In this document: piece by piece, positions 35,880-48,640 of the stretch
How positions within the stretch are numbered: position 1 is the first letter of the stretch
How the letters are laid out: the number at the start of each line of letters is the position of its first letter
From: Lepidodermella squamata
Lineage: Eukaryota > Animalia > Gastrotricha
DNA: 64,000 nt
Reading direction: 5' to 3'
Assembly (NCBI GenBank): GCA_047495785.1
Contig: JBLDXI010000009.1
Span: 806,001 to 870,000, forward strand
Notes under the pieces: model-generated
What the model saw: only the letters and a program-made list of their open reading frames with translations
Databases searched by the model: none
Told to the model about the DNA's origin: nothing
Program-made: the position numbers and the translations under genes

Positions 35880-38791
35880 ATGTACTGTCTTAATGGTGGC
35901 CATGTGATGAATGCCGTCAATAACACAACGCTCAGCGATGTAACCAGTCACAGCAGGTTTCCTTGGTCATTTAATTTTCACGAAAGGTTAAATTTGACGT
36001 AATTATCAGAGCTAATGTTGCGCACTACGGAAAGCAGAACAACGTCAGTTCTACCGCGTCAGCTCCACAGCCTGAATTCCCATTCCCAGATCCTCTTGAT
36101 GATCCTAGCGCTAACGCCGAGCAAAAGAACACAGCGGCGAAGGCGGGTCAGCAATCAGCTCCCAGTCGTGGACTGCGAAACAATCAGCGCAATGGTAGCA
36201 TGACGAATCTTAGCGCAGCACAAAATAATTTGTCAATGGCACAACCGAACATGGCTGGTCCACAAAGATCCAAAACAGCGCAAAATAATTTGAGTGGTAA
36301 TAGCAACCTTCCGAATAGCAACTCTCGCGTGTCTTTCAGCAGCAGTTCAAACGTTGATTCCAATCGAAACAGCAACCCCAACATTAGTAGCACACCTGCG
36401 TCGGACGAAGTCATATTGAAGCTACGAAAGAGGTTGAAGGCAAATGTTAATTTCACCGAAGTCACTCACAGCTTTGATTTCAGGATCGATCGACTCAAAA
36501 AGCTTGTTTTACAAACACAGAACGAGGAAAAAATTTACGGCTTTAATGTCACGAAGGTTTGCGGCCTCGACGACCAAGGTAAATATTAAATGATCTTGCA
36601 TCAAACTTAACCACAAAAATGGCAGACACTGGAACCGGTCGAAACAATAACGGCGAGACATCCACTCACCAAACGGACCAACAGTCGCTGATGTCTACTT
36701 ATTTCAACAGCTCGAATGGGAATGGTGGCCGTGAGTACGAGCCATATGCGCGGCGAACCCGTAATTAATTTAAATTTGACTACCTGCACAGAAAATAATA
36801 ATGGAATTATTTTAGGGTTGATCGGTTTTATCAATAACTCATTGCCTCTGGGTGCTTCGGCTGCCTCGACAATGGCTAATTCACTAAGCGGAACTAACAA
36901 CAGTACGATGAGGACAAAAACAACCCTTCGATTTACCGATACATCGAGCAGTACAACCGGAAACTCCTACGCTGCAGATGCAGGGTAAAGGAATGAAATG
37001 TTTCTATTTCATCTCGCATCGCATTGAATTTTCAGAGTAAATAATCCTAATAATGAAGACACGACACCGATGTTGCGGCACTCTGCGACAACGCCGACAA
37101 TCAAGCCCAACATGAGAAGCTCTAACAGTGGATCTACGCGATTCAGTCGCTTTGGCGTTCGATCAAACAAAGCACCCCCATCTGCAACTAAAATCAACCA
37201 GGCAGCGCCAGAGAGTGTTGATTCCGACAAACCGGTTGCGCCCCACTCTAAAGCTGTGGGCGAAGCTATGTTCGTTATCGGCGGAGGGGAAGCGATGGAC
37301 GATCGTGGTGTAATTGATGATGACGACGAAGAAGACCAGAATGAGGAGGCCTCCTCAAGCTCATCTCATTCTTTGAATGGTGAGGAAAAATCAGGCCCAA
37401 TGCGCGTATCCGGTCGCACGGTTCGCATCAACCCTCCTAATTTAGCTAATCAAGTTACTGCTGAGAACCGCCTAAAGCCAGAGTGCAAGTCGGAGCCGGC
37501 CATTCATAGCCCGGCGCCATTTGTTCCCGTTGATCCACTTATTCGCTTAGCGGCTCCACCTTCAAATATTACAGCAAGTGGCTTGCTAGATAAATCATCG
37601 GCAAAAGTCTGGCCATTTCGACTCCGAAGGCTCATGGCACCCTCTCCAACTTCTGGATCTGGTGAACCAGTAACAACGGTTATTCAGTTGACCTCGCTAC
37701 CTTACTACGGCGGTGGTTTTTCGGCGGATGTGGCTAACGCCAAGAGCGGCGAATTGGCCATAGCTGGTTTCAATAACAGTTATCACGGTGGTCATTCGAT
37801 TACGAGCCGCTTCTCATCGCGCATAAACGGCAGTCAAGCTCGGGGACCGGCGTCGAGGAAGTATCGACATCGAACTGATTATTACTCCGAAACCTCTGAT
37901 ATTAGCTCCCGAAACGTTAAGATGACGCGTCCAACCCCCAGCGAAAACAACGCGGCTGATGCAGATTCAGGTAATATTGGTAATATCTTTATGTGGGAGA
38001 AATTAAGGGGGTTTTAAGATCTTCAAGTCATTCTGGTGATTTATTCTTTTTCCATTACGTTATCTCTTGGTATCAAAATTATCGGTATCAAAAGAGGATG
38101 CGTATTAATTGCTAGTAATTTTTAAGAAGTTGTTTTCCGTGCAGTTTTTGAGCAATCCACTACGAATCGAGCAGAGTCAGCAAGAACAAGATCGGCAAAA
38201 ACTTTGGCGGAGATTAAGTCGGAAATCAACGCAATCCAGCAGCACCATCATCGGAGCCCGATGATGGCGGACGCTGATGACGAACAGCAGAGCCCTTTCT
38301 CGCGAAGCTTACCGGCTCGCAGCAGACAACAAGCGGCGTTGAGGCAACAGTCAAATGATCAACCAACGCCGTTTTCGGTGACGGTGAAAACGAAAGCGAA
38401 CTTTTCTGATGGTAGTCAAAAATCGAAATTAGGTAGTACGATGTGGATTCCACCACCGGCGCCTAGCAGCTTTCCACGGCCAGCTCCGTCAACAAAATCC
38501 ACGGCCGCAACTTCGGCTAAGAAGTTGGCGACCTCCATTGATCCCGAGAGCGATGCTAATCTTAACTTCACATCTGATACTTCCAGTGTTCCTACTACTG
38601 TTGCGCAAAGTCAACCTATGTTGAATAAAGCTGTCTCGACGAGTAACCCAGCGAACAGAGTGCGGACACCAGTACATAGCGCTTGTCGCACGCCAATGCC
38701 ACTATCATCAGTAGTAGTTTGGTCATCCAACGATTACAATCGATTTCTGGTATCTGGCGACATCGTGGTCAACCCGAGTGAAAGCAGTTGA
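35880..38791 (+). CDS. Uncharacterised Ser/Asn/Pro-rich protein, ~833 aa
   Basis: Exons 35880-35956, 36010-36578, 36711-36984, 37036-37970 and 38145-38791 join in frame through GT-AG introns with matching phases. No domain recognised, and the 3' end is uncertain. Confidence 0.7.
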
Positions 38792-40702
38792 TATGATGCT
38801 CATGTTTTCCTTTTTTCAACCCATCTTGTCCGGAAAAGGTATGGCTGCCATTTTCCCTGTATGCTTTTGGGTGTGATTTTATCAAATCTTTCAGATGCTC
38901 TCAGAATTTTGAGCCCGAAATACACTACTTCGTCGAATTATAATGAATGTTGGTTCTAGCAAAGCTCGGAGATGATTATGGCTGAAGCCCTATTATCAAA
39001 AGCGAGGTACTCAGTTAATGGCAAAAAGCTGTCATCTTTACGGTTAATAAAGTTGAATCTTTGTCGACAAGGATTGCGTCTTAGAACTTATTTTACGTGT
39101 ATGGATGATTTCTAGTTTTCAGTCAAGAGCTGAGTTTTCAGTAAAAACACTGGGAAAAGATTACATTTCTCTCGTGTTTCCTGCTATTTTTTTCTCTCGT
39201 CTATATGATATCGAATTTTAGGCGAAAAACCTTTGATCTCACTGGTTCAAACGATTTTTTTACCTCCAATCATTGGGTTGACATGACAAGATTCAAGTAC
39301 TGAGTCGAACATTAACAATCTTCTTTTATTCCAAATGCTCGCACTTTATTTATTCGGATATAGAAATCGGCTAGAAATGATTCTCTCCAAAACATTGATC
39401 AGTGTCTCCCATTCGATGACATCGACATCACAAAAACACAAGCACAACGGGTAAACGACTGCATGATCCACCGCCGGATGAAAATGCAAGATAAAGAAAC
39501 ACTAAGATCCAGCCGTCATTATTACTTCAGCCCGCAGATTTTCAAACATCCGGTCTACAAAGCCAATATTACCGATTAGCAATTAGTGATGATATCGGAC
39601 CGTTACATCAATAAACAAAATGAAAATGTGTAAACTGCAGATTGGTACCCAAGCATTGGATTCATTGCTCAGTCATCGCGCACATCATGAACGCGCACGA
39701 GGAAAACCAATGCAATAAAGAGCTGATAAGCTAAAGCGCGATAAACGCAGTGCCAAGTACAAGTTCGAAGAGAAATGAATCATCCTCAGATCGGCATCGG
39801 GAATTTATCTGGCAACAATGAACTAGAATACCCCTTTAGCAGCGATTCATTCAGTCTCAGATCAGTTCAGTTTCAACTACGTTACTACACGACTTGTAAA
39901 AACAAGGCAATATAAAAGAAAGGTCATGTAAAACGCTTCGAAGGCTATGCAATTGTGATTTCCACATCATCGATAAAAATTTGGTACATTATTAACGTTG
40001 GCACATTGATTAATAAGGTAGTTAATAACATGTCATTTAAACCATTCCTATGCGTGTTTCATGACCATGATTATTCGTTATTAGAAAGCTGTTTCTTGTA
40101 ATCGAAAACAGCGCACAGTAAAGCGTAAACACAACAAAGCCGTGCTTATGCCGTTGGCTGCAGCATTGGAAACAATTTCGTTGAATGAAACAACATTCAT
40201 GAATTCTTTGATAATTAACATCGGGCGGGAAAAGACTAGCTCGTTGGGCAAGTTTATATAGTTTTTCTCATTTTCAAAGGACTGAGATCCCAATTATTCG
40301 TTCAATGTGTTATAGCTTGCCTGAATTGTGAAAATTCATTTGTTCAAATCATAGAACTGTGGAACGCGGACTGCTGCCATGACTAGAAATTCGCTGAACA
40401 ATCAGGAATAGCAGCCAGCCACTGCAACGCTCACAATTACCTATGACATGGGGATATAAGGGCTAGAGACGATGGCGGAGTTCAGATCGAAACAGCTATC
40501 AAAAATATATGAAACCATTTCAAAACATGAATGAAGAGAGCAAACACTCAAGCAGATGACCAGAGGAATACGAAAAGAACACAAAATAACAAATACTTCA
40601 CAAATTCAAGTTTCCAAACAAAGTTCCACAATTTCGATTCTCATTTGAAAAATAATAAATTTGGCGAATGGCGGAGAAATAGAAACAAATCAGATCTCAG
40701 AT

Positions 40703-43700
40703 TTACGTGACAGAATCCACAGATTGAGAGAAGTTCGCGTTATTTAATCTAGACGAGGGGCCAGCAGCATTTACAGCATTTTGTTGCAAACCAGATGTCG
40801 ACGACGAAGCCGCGTGCGCGCCGGAGACCGTAGCTGTCGCCACAACTGCGTTAGCACCTCCAGCAGCTGAGTTCGAAGATGAACCGATGCCTCCTTGCTG
40901 GGGTTGCGTATCTACTGCCCCATATAGTCGACCCAATTTTCGGTTCATTTGCGATAACAGTTGCGTGGATTGACGGAAAGCGCTCAGAAGTTCTTCATGC
41001 CACTAAAATAATTATAAAAACACATATGTAGGTATAGTTAATAATAAGTTTTTCCTACTATTACCTGCTGAATGAGAATGCGGTCAGGCAACGAAAGAAC
41101 CAACTCTGATCCTGCTTTGAGCTGAACGACGATGCAATTGTCGGCTTTATTGACGCGTTGTAACTCACACGAAATGTCTTTGATATCAACCATTGGCACC
41201 AGCTCAACGCCCTTATCAGCTATTATTACACCGTCTTTGCTTTTCTGGTACAATTCTAGCCGGTTGGGGAAGAGGCGGAGGTGTCGGCGTTCCCACGTTT
41301 TATTAAATGGTCCACCGAGGCGGGAAACTTCGCCATCGACAATGCAGTCAGTTGGACAAGTTGTTTCAGAGGAAGTACTTTCACCGGCTTGGCGCGCTCT
41401 CCTTTTACCTTCAATGCGGTCAGTTTCAGAATTAACAGCGTCGAAAATCGTCTCAGCGATTTCTTGTTGCCACCGTTCCGATATAGTAATGTTGAAGTTT
41501 TTGTACAACTCATGGTCAGCGTCCGTCAATTTGATATTTTTCGTATCCTCTTCGTCGAATGAGCCTATGTCGAACGCATCAGCAGCGTTCACTTCGCCTC
41601 TAGGAGGAACCAGGGGAGGTTGATACTTTTGTAAATAGACTAGCTGCCAATCTAGGTCTGCGAAAAACGGATGACTCTTCACTTCGGATGCACCTCGCGA
41701 TCCACAACCCAGCCGATCCTCAACGTTTCGTCTTAAAAGACCCTGTAACAACGAATGGAGCTCGGGACTGAGCCCTTCAGGCAATTCAACGTCCATTGTC
41801 ATCGTCATCTTGTCTATTTGGTGCTTATCACGAGTCTTGTGCTGACGAAACGGGGAATGCCCGCGAAGCAATTTGTATAGCATGCAGCCTAGCGAGAACC
41901 AATCAGCCGATGAGTCATATGCCACGCCTTTCAAGAGAACTTCTGGTGCCATGTATCCATGGGTTCCACTAAATGCCAAGTACAAATAGCTCGTTATCAT
42001 GTAGCGGTAACAAAATACTTACACGCTCGCATGGGGTTTTTTCTTAGAAAAATCACACGCCAGACCAAGGTCCGATATTTTAACATGGCCATTCTCGTCC
42101 AGCAATATCTATAAAATGAGTCAAATTAACCAGCTCTTGCTTCTTATCAATTAATATAAATTACGTTCGCCGGCTTTAGATCACGATAAACAACGTATCT
42201 AAAAAATAAAAAGCGCGTTGCTGATAAGAAAATTATTAATAAGGAGCGCTTTACCGGCTGTGCATATGCTCCAGGCCCAGGATAATTTCGGCAGCATAAA
42301 ACTGAACCTCGCGATCGCTGAACACACCGTGCTGGCTCAAGTGATAGTGAAGATCTCCGCCATTCATCAGATCCAGGATGAAACACAGTTTCTCGGGAGT
42401 TTGAAAAGCATAAGCCATGCTACGATAACAGGATACAAATTAAATCGCCACGCACTAGCATGCAAACTCACCAAACAATGAAAGGACTGCCTTCTCCAGT
42501 ACTGACGAGCGAAAGCATAATTCGTTCGTTTAGAGCCAAAGTTTCGCCTCCTTTCAACTTGATACGCTTTTTATCGAGGCATTTCATCGCATACATTTTC
42601 CCGGTATCAGCTGAGGATAAAACGAAATTAAACCACGTAATATCACGGTCAAGTGATATCAAACCTTTTCTACACCCATATACTTCGCCAAAGCCGCCTC
42701 TACCAATGATGCGATGGACACTGAAGTCATTCATTGAAAGTTGAAGGTTGGCTTCGAGGTTTTTCCATTGTAAGAAGCGCGTATATTTGTCGGAAGAAAT
42801 GAATGGGTCGAAGAGACGACTTCTCAAAATGTTTTTAATTTCTTCGATGTACGGTTGGAAGAGGGCATTAGATAGTTGGTGAGACTTTTGAGCTGCAGTT
42901 AGCTGCTCTTGGACAGCTTCCACTGCCGACTTGGTATACGCATGACTCGACGATAGCAGTTCTCTCATAATGAAATTATCGTATATTTCTTTCGCTTTTG
43001 GAATACGCTCTTCATCTGAATCCAGTTTTTCGTACTCTTTTATCTATTGAAATTTGTCATTAATAAAATGATGCGATAAATTTAAACAAAATTTTACCGC
43101 CTCGTAGAATTTGATCTGTGGCACAGACTCGTTATAAACATTTTCACAGAAATCTTTGAATAACAGATATCCCAAGCGTTGATTGAAGATTTTCTCGAAA
43201 TTGACATCGCCGTTTTTCAGGAGGTACTTGTGCATGACACTCCGAATGCTGAAATACAAACGCCTTTATTTTATATCGGTCTATTTTGCCTTCCCCTAAT
43301 ATAAATCAGAAGTACAGCCCAGTCAACGGAAATCAGAGTCAACGTTTAATAAAATTTTGTCATCAAATTTCGGCCGTGCGCCGAAATCCTTAAATAATAT
43401 TCTGTGAAAAGCATTGAGCTAAATCGATATAATTATAAATGGAAATCTTCAGAAGGGATAAACTGACGGAGATCCTCGCGCGATTATTGGTGCGTATTCA
43501 TCACAAATGAGAACTGCCCAATTATTTAGACGATTCGTCATATAAAACAGCAAATATCTACTGCCTAGAATCAGCAAATAATTAATAAAATAGCGACAAC
43601 AAGCGCAGAAATTCAAATAGCGTGCAAACCTTCTTCCATTGGGTGATTGCATAATGCTATCATCTCTTCTTTGTAACGCATTACAAGAGTGGCTGATATT

Positions 43701-43848
43701 GGATCAATTGTTAATTTTGCATAATTATGACTAACCTCGAATCGGGTAGAACGATTTTCCGGCTTGCCCGCGCAGATGGTGTTGACTTGCTTTTCTCCAT
43801 TGCCATTAAATAGCTGACATCAGCCAAAACAGCCTCCAAGTCAGCCAT
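40703..43848 (-). CDS. GRK2: G protein-coupled receptor kinase, GRK2/3 (beta-ARK) type, ~756 aa
   Basis: Minus-strand exons 43848-43736, 43248-43098, 43043-42665, 42610-42472, 42419-42255, 42198-42165, 42108-42023, 41968-41065 and 41002-40703. N-terminus [23 protein letters not shown] domain, kinase motifs [26 protein letters not shown] and GTHGYMAPE, and a C-terminal PH domain. Confidence 0.96.
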
Positions 43849-46800
43849 TTTTCAATTTTGCTCAGGTGGTAAGGCACTAGCTAGGGAAACTTCAATCCGA
43901 GAGCAAGAGACTATTGATATCGATGCAACACTTTCTGAGCATGAGCAGACGATGGTGGACTCAGTTGCGGCAGGTACCAAATCACACAAATTTGCGATGA
44001 AATCTTAATATCTATTCAATAGAAGTGAAATAATATATTAATACCGCCGATATGAAAACTAATTTTACAGCTTTTGCCGTGTACAATCACTGGCAATGAT
44101 TTGAGCAAGTGTACCGAAAAAACGGCTGATAATATTAAAAAATTACTTAACAGCAAAAAGTAGCACGAATCGTAAAATGTATAAGTATAAGTTGGCGCAG
44201 TATTTCCACTAGTTTTATTCCGCAATATAGGCCCGCCTAATGCTTATACACCGGTCACAGAATCCGCAACAGATACCTCGACGCATCGCTTGAAAAAGCA
44301 ACTTATATCTACTATAACTACAGTCAGAAATGCTGCTATGGGAGCGATAAAGATAAGATAATGTGTGAGTAAGTCTGCTAGAGTGTGTAGATCCACATAT
44401 ACAGAAAAAAACGCAGATATTTATTCTGTATTAGGCCAAGCGTCTCACTATGTAGAGGCGACGTTATGTCGATAAAATTCAACGGCGGAGAAGACGACAG
44501 CGAGTTTGAAATGCAATTACGGCACATCGTCGTTTATAAAATAAAACATGACGATGTGTATCAAGAAAAATACTTGATACTCCACCCAAAAACCAACGCT
44601 GCGACCAACGCGGCGGCGATGGGTCCAAATCTAAAAACAAAATATCACATAACGATCGAACAAAGACCACGCAGTATCTAAATAAATACTAATGAACAAC
44701 ATGCAAATATAATATAGAAATATTCGCAACTGTAAGCAAAGCGCGAACACGAAATTTGATGTATAAAGAAAGCATAAAAAATATCATTAGAGATTTCCGA
44801 GAAAATAATAGCGAGAAGGTCGCTAACGATGTCCTTCCACAAATGTAGTATAAAAATTACCATACCGAGTTCCCAAGCGAAATAATACCATCGCTTTGCC
44901 TTTCTATCTTAGAGGTGATCGTTGAAGCCTGTTGTGATCTCAATCATTCAAGTTTGTTGCGATATTTTTAAAAAATAATGCTTTCGTAAGCCGTAAATAA
45001 ATGATGCACGATATATAAACATGCGAATAATGACGCTGATATTTCAGCAATGAACACAAGCAAGGCGATAGGATAATTTTAAAAATTCATCTATACGTCC
45101 TCTTGCGATTAGTGTGGAGACAACACATCTGATACTGATGCTACTGTCCATGAATCTGCTGCTGATTTCCACAATTAAAAAAGCCTTACATATAACATCG
45201 GCCATCGAAACACACGAGTGTTTTCCGTGCGTAATGGCGTAAAATAATCGATAGATATTGCCGACCTTCAGCGCGATCTTCTTACTTTCGTATTCACTAG
45301 TACGTAGAAAGACACGAGCATAACACAGATACCTGCAAATCGGCACACACATCATAATACACTGAGGCGCACACACATAGATTTATAGATTCGCCTATAC
45401 GCGCATACGAAGGACAAATATTAGGAAGGGTACAACACAAAATACGCCGTACTTGCACATGCATATGCGCAGATTTTATTTATTTTCAGCGCATCGCATT
45501 TGAACGTGAACAGGGGCGCTAATACTAGGAAACCTCCAGGCAATCCATTCTAATTTTATGAAATTGACAGTCAGCTAGCACGCAGAAACTAATAAAGTCT
45601 GTGGACCTGCCTAAGAAGCAATCAGATTTGCGTAGAAAAAACAGTTAAGGAGAATATGTTAACATCTGACGAAATAATTGGGCATCCACCTTGAATTATA
45701 CTAAAATGGTGCGGCTATGTGCGATAATCTGCGTTTTAATGGCGTGAAAACATGTTCAGCAAGGATAACACAGCACAACAATGGTTAACACCAGGAAACG
45801 CCTTTTCTAGTAATTTAATATCGGATTATTCAAGTTTCCGGTAAACTTATCACTAGTAAGTATTAGCTCCTCGTAAAATCGCTGAGAAGCAAGGCCAATA
45901 AAAAACATAATTTAGTATAAAGTATAAAGTATATCAGGTCATAATGATCCTTGAATTTTCAACACCTGATTTTTTCAGCTCGATGGTTGATGAACTACGC
46001 AGATAAAAATCGAATGAGCAGCCAAAATAGCATCTATGAAGAAAGGAATGCCCTGCAAATGTCGGCAAATTACACTGATATGAATAATAAGTCCGATTAT
46101 CGTTGATCCGTTGTAAAAGATGCAGCGAGCGTTACTTAGATACAGAATCAGGCACGTGCAAGGTTCACGCAATTCATTTTTTCAAGCATTTTTTCCCTCG
46201 TCTCAACGCCTTGAACGTATAAGACGCGCGCCAAGAGAAGGGCTCATATTGGCTCATGTCGCAAATCTGAAATGGTTTATATGGTGCGTAAACCTTAATG
46301 GTTAGTCTTAGATTATTAATTTCGACAAAACCGTCGCATAGTTTAGGAAGACAGTTGAATTTCATATTTCAGTCTTATGGAATGAACAGGTGAGCGTCAC
46401 TTACGACGAGGTTTGATAAGAAAATCACTAAACTCCAAAATAAATTTGCTCCATTCGACTTGGCAGGCATTCATGGGGAAGAATTAAATGCAGTGGATGG
46501 AAGATAGAAAAATTGATAATACAAGAGAAAATCTGTTGTATGTTTACATTGTCCGCGTTTCAGTTTAAATAAGTAACTGCATACTCCGTAGTTCAAAATT
46601 CATAGCAAAATGTCGACCAGCGACCAGCCGCGGCGTACTTTGGCGATTCAGCAAAGCTTAAGGCAAAGTTTGCCAAGCTGATTCGACTAATAACTCGCTT
46701 AAGATTGCACGATCAGCTTAATTGCGGTTAGGCTGCCCACGAAACCTCAGGTTCCCATGACGAGAGCCGTTAATAGGCCAATGTCGGTCTACGAAGCAAA

Positions 46801-48640
46801 ATTGACGAAACTATTGCTAAAAACTCGAGATCAGATACTTATAGATGTGTAACGTGGATCATATGTACTGGAGCAGGCGAAAAAATCATCAAAAGTGTCT
46901 TGAAACGTTCAAATGCCATAAAAATCGGCCTGCAATCATCTGTGGATTTTGTATCACACAGACTAGCCGATAGCCGACCTTCAAGCAAATTGAATCATTG
47001 GACAGCGTCGAAGGCAATTTGACAATTACTACTCCCAAGGCAAGATTTATCACTCGAGAGATCTTGAGCGTTTGAGAGTTCTAGAAACAAGACTTACCTG
47101 ATTTGTAAGCATAAATAATAGATTAAAAAATAGGAATAAAATAGGCTAGTAAAACTGTTATGAATGATCAGAATTGGAAACAGAATTCAGTCGACACCAA
47201 ACTTGATACTTGAACTCCCAGATTGAAAGTTGAAAGTGGAAAGCTTAGTTTAAGCTTGAGCGATATATGCTCATCTATATATATGTAGCTGCCACCTAGG
47301 AAAAATAACTTGATGAGATCAATTGATTCGGGCAACTTCATCAGGTGGCGAATTTAATTTGGGGTTACCTAAGCGATTTCTTGCCAAACACCTCATCACT
47401 TCATATTGTACATTGGCCATGTGCAAAGAGCAGGCTCAGAGCTTTGATTTTCAAGATCAAGCATAAAGCTGTTAAATGAGCAATTATGTGCAATAGAGCG
47501 GGGTTTGAGGGCAGATGGTCAAGGAAAGAGTATAGAAGTCATTTGTCATAATTGTCGCATCATACATGCAACATGCAAATCATTCATTCATGGCAAGGTG
47601 TACAAGTGCAGGGTGCAGGGTGGCTAATGAACGGGCTCCTGCGGGTAATGTTTAGACTAAGATTTTAGTGAAACATTGATTTTTTATTCAAAAGAGTAGA
47701 AATTATGTTGGAAATTTCTCCAAGCTGGCTTTCTTTTCTGCAAAAACAAAGAAAAATTTCTGGGATGTATGACCTTCAACTTTTACGTAATTGCTGTCAG
47801 TCCCAAATCTGTCTCCCATTCGAAGAAATAAGCCAACTGACATTGCGTAGAAGAAGCTGCGTTGCTTCTGCGATCTGTTGTGTGCCATGTTGTTCGTTAT
47901 TTGTTGTTCGTTGTTCATTGCTTTAGATTTTACACTGTTTGACTTGGATCGGTGATCGGTCAATAATGAAAACGCGTTAGTGGAGGCCGCAAATTTCACC
48001 ACAGCTCTCCAACCTTGCGATCTGCGGCTACCTTCCTGGAAGGTTGCTTCTTCGGCGCTATTTATAGATTGCCGCCCTACTAGCAGTTGATTTTCAACTA
48101 CTGCCTTACGCCTTCGAAGAGGTTCGAAGAGCCTTAATGGCGAGGGGTCACCCTAAATCCCATTTTGCTGAAAATTAATAATCGTCTAATTGTGTGAGCA
48201 TCCGCTATTAATTCTGATTTCGAGTAGCCAAATCAGCTTTTTCAAAAATAAGACTCCTCTCACTGCCATTGTCTACGCCATTTCCAACTGCCCGAGGTTC
48301 TCGCCAATTTTAAGCTCTCAGGTGGCTCATCCAGGCTAAAATGAACCTCTTAGCTCTTCCAGCTGCTATGAATAAGTATAACTTGTTAGATTCATTTCGG
48401 CAAATTGTGGCTCTTGCGTCTTCGCTGTCTAGGACGGATAAAGAAGCTTGAAAATTGTATTTCTACGTATCTGCTACAATCAAATATTAAGACTCAAAGC
48501 TCAAAGCCAACCAGTAATCGTTCTGTAATTTCCAAAATGCTCCTACTCATCGAGCCTGTTCAACATTTTTAGTGGATGTTATGTAGAAAGAATCGGGTTT
48601 TCATGAACGATCCAGAAACTTGAAACCAGACATTTGCAGA

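Noticed and set aside
38900-40700. 1.8-kb gap with no real ORF
   Set aside because: Adequately explained as convergent 3'UTRs of the orphan gene and GRK2.
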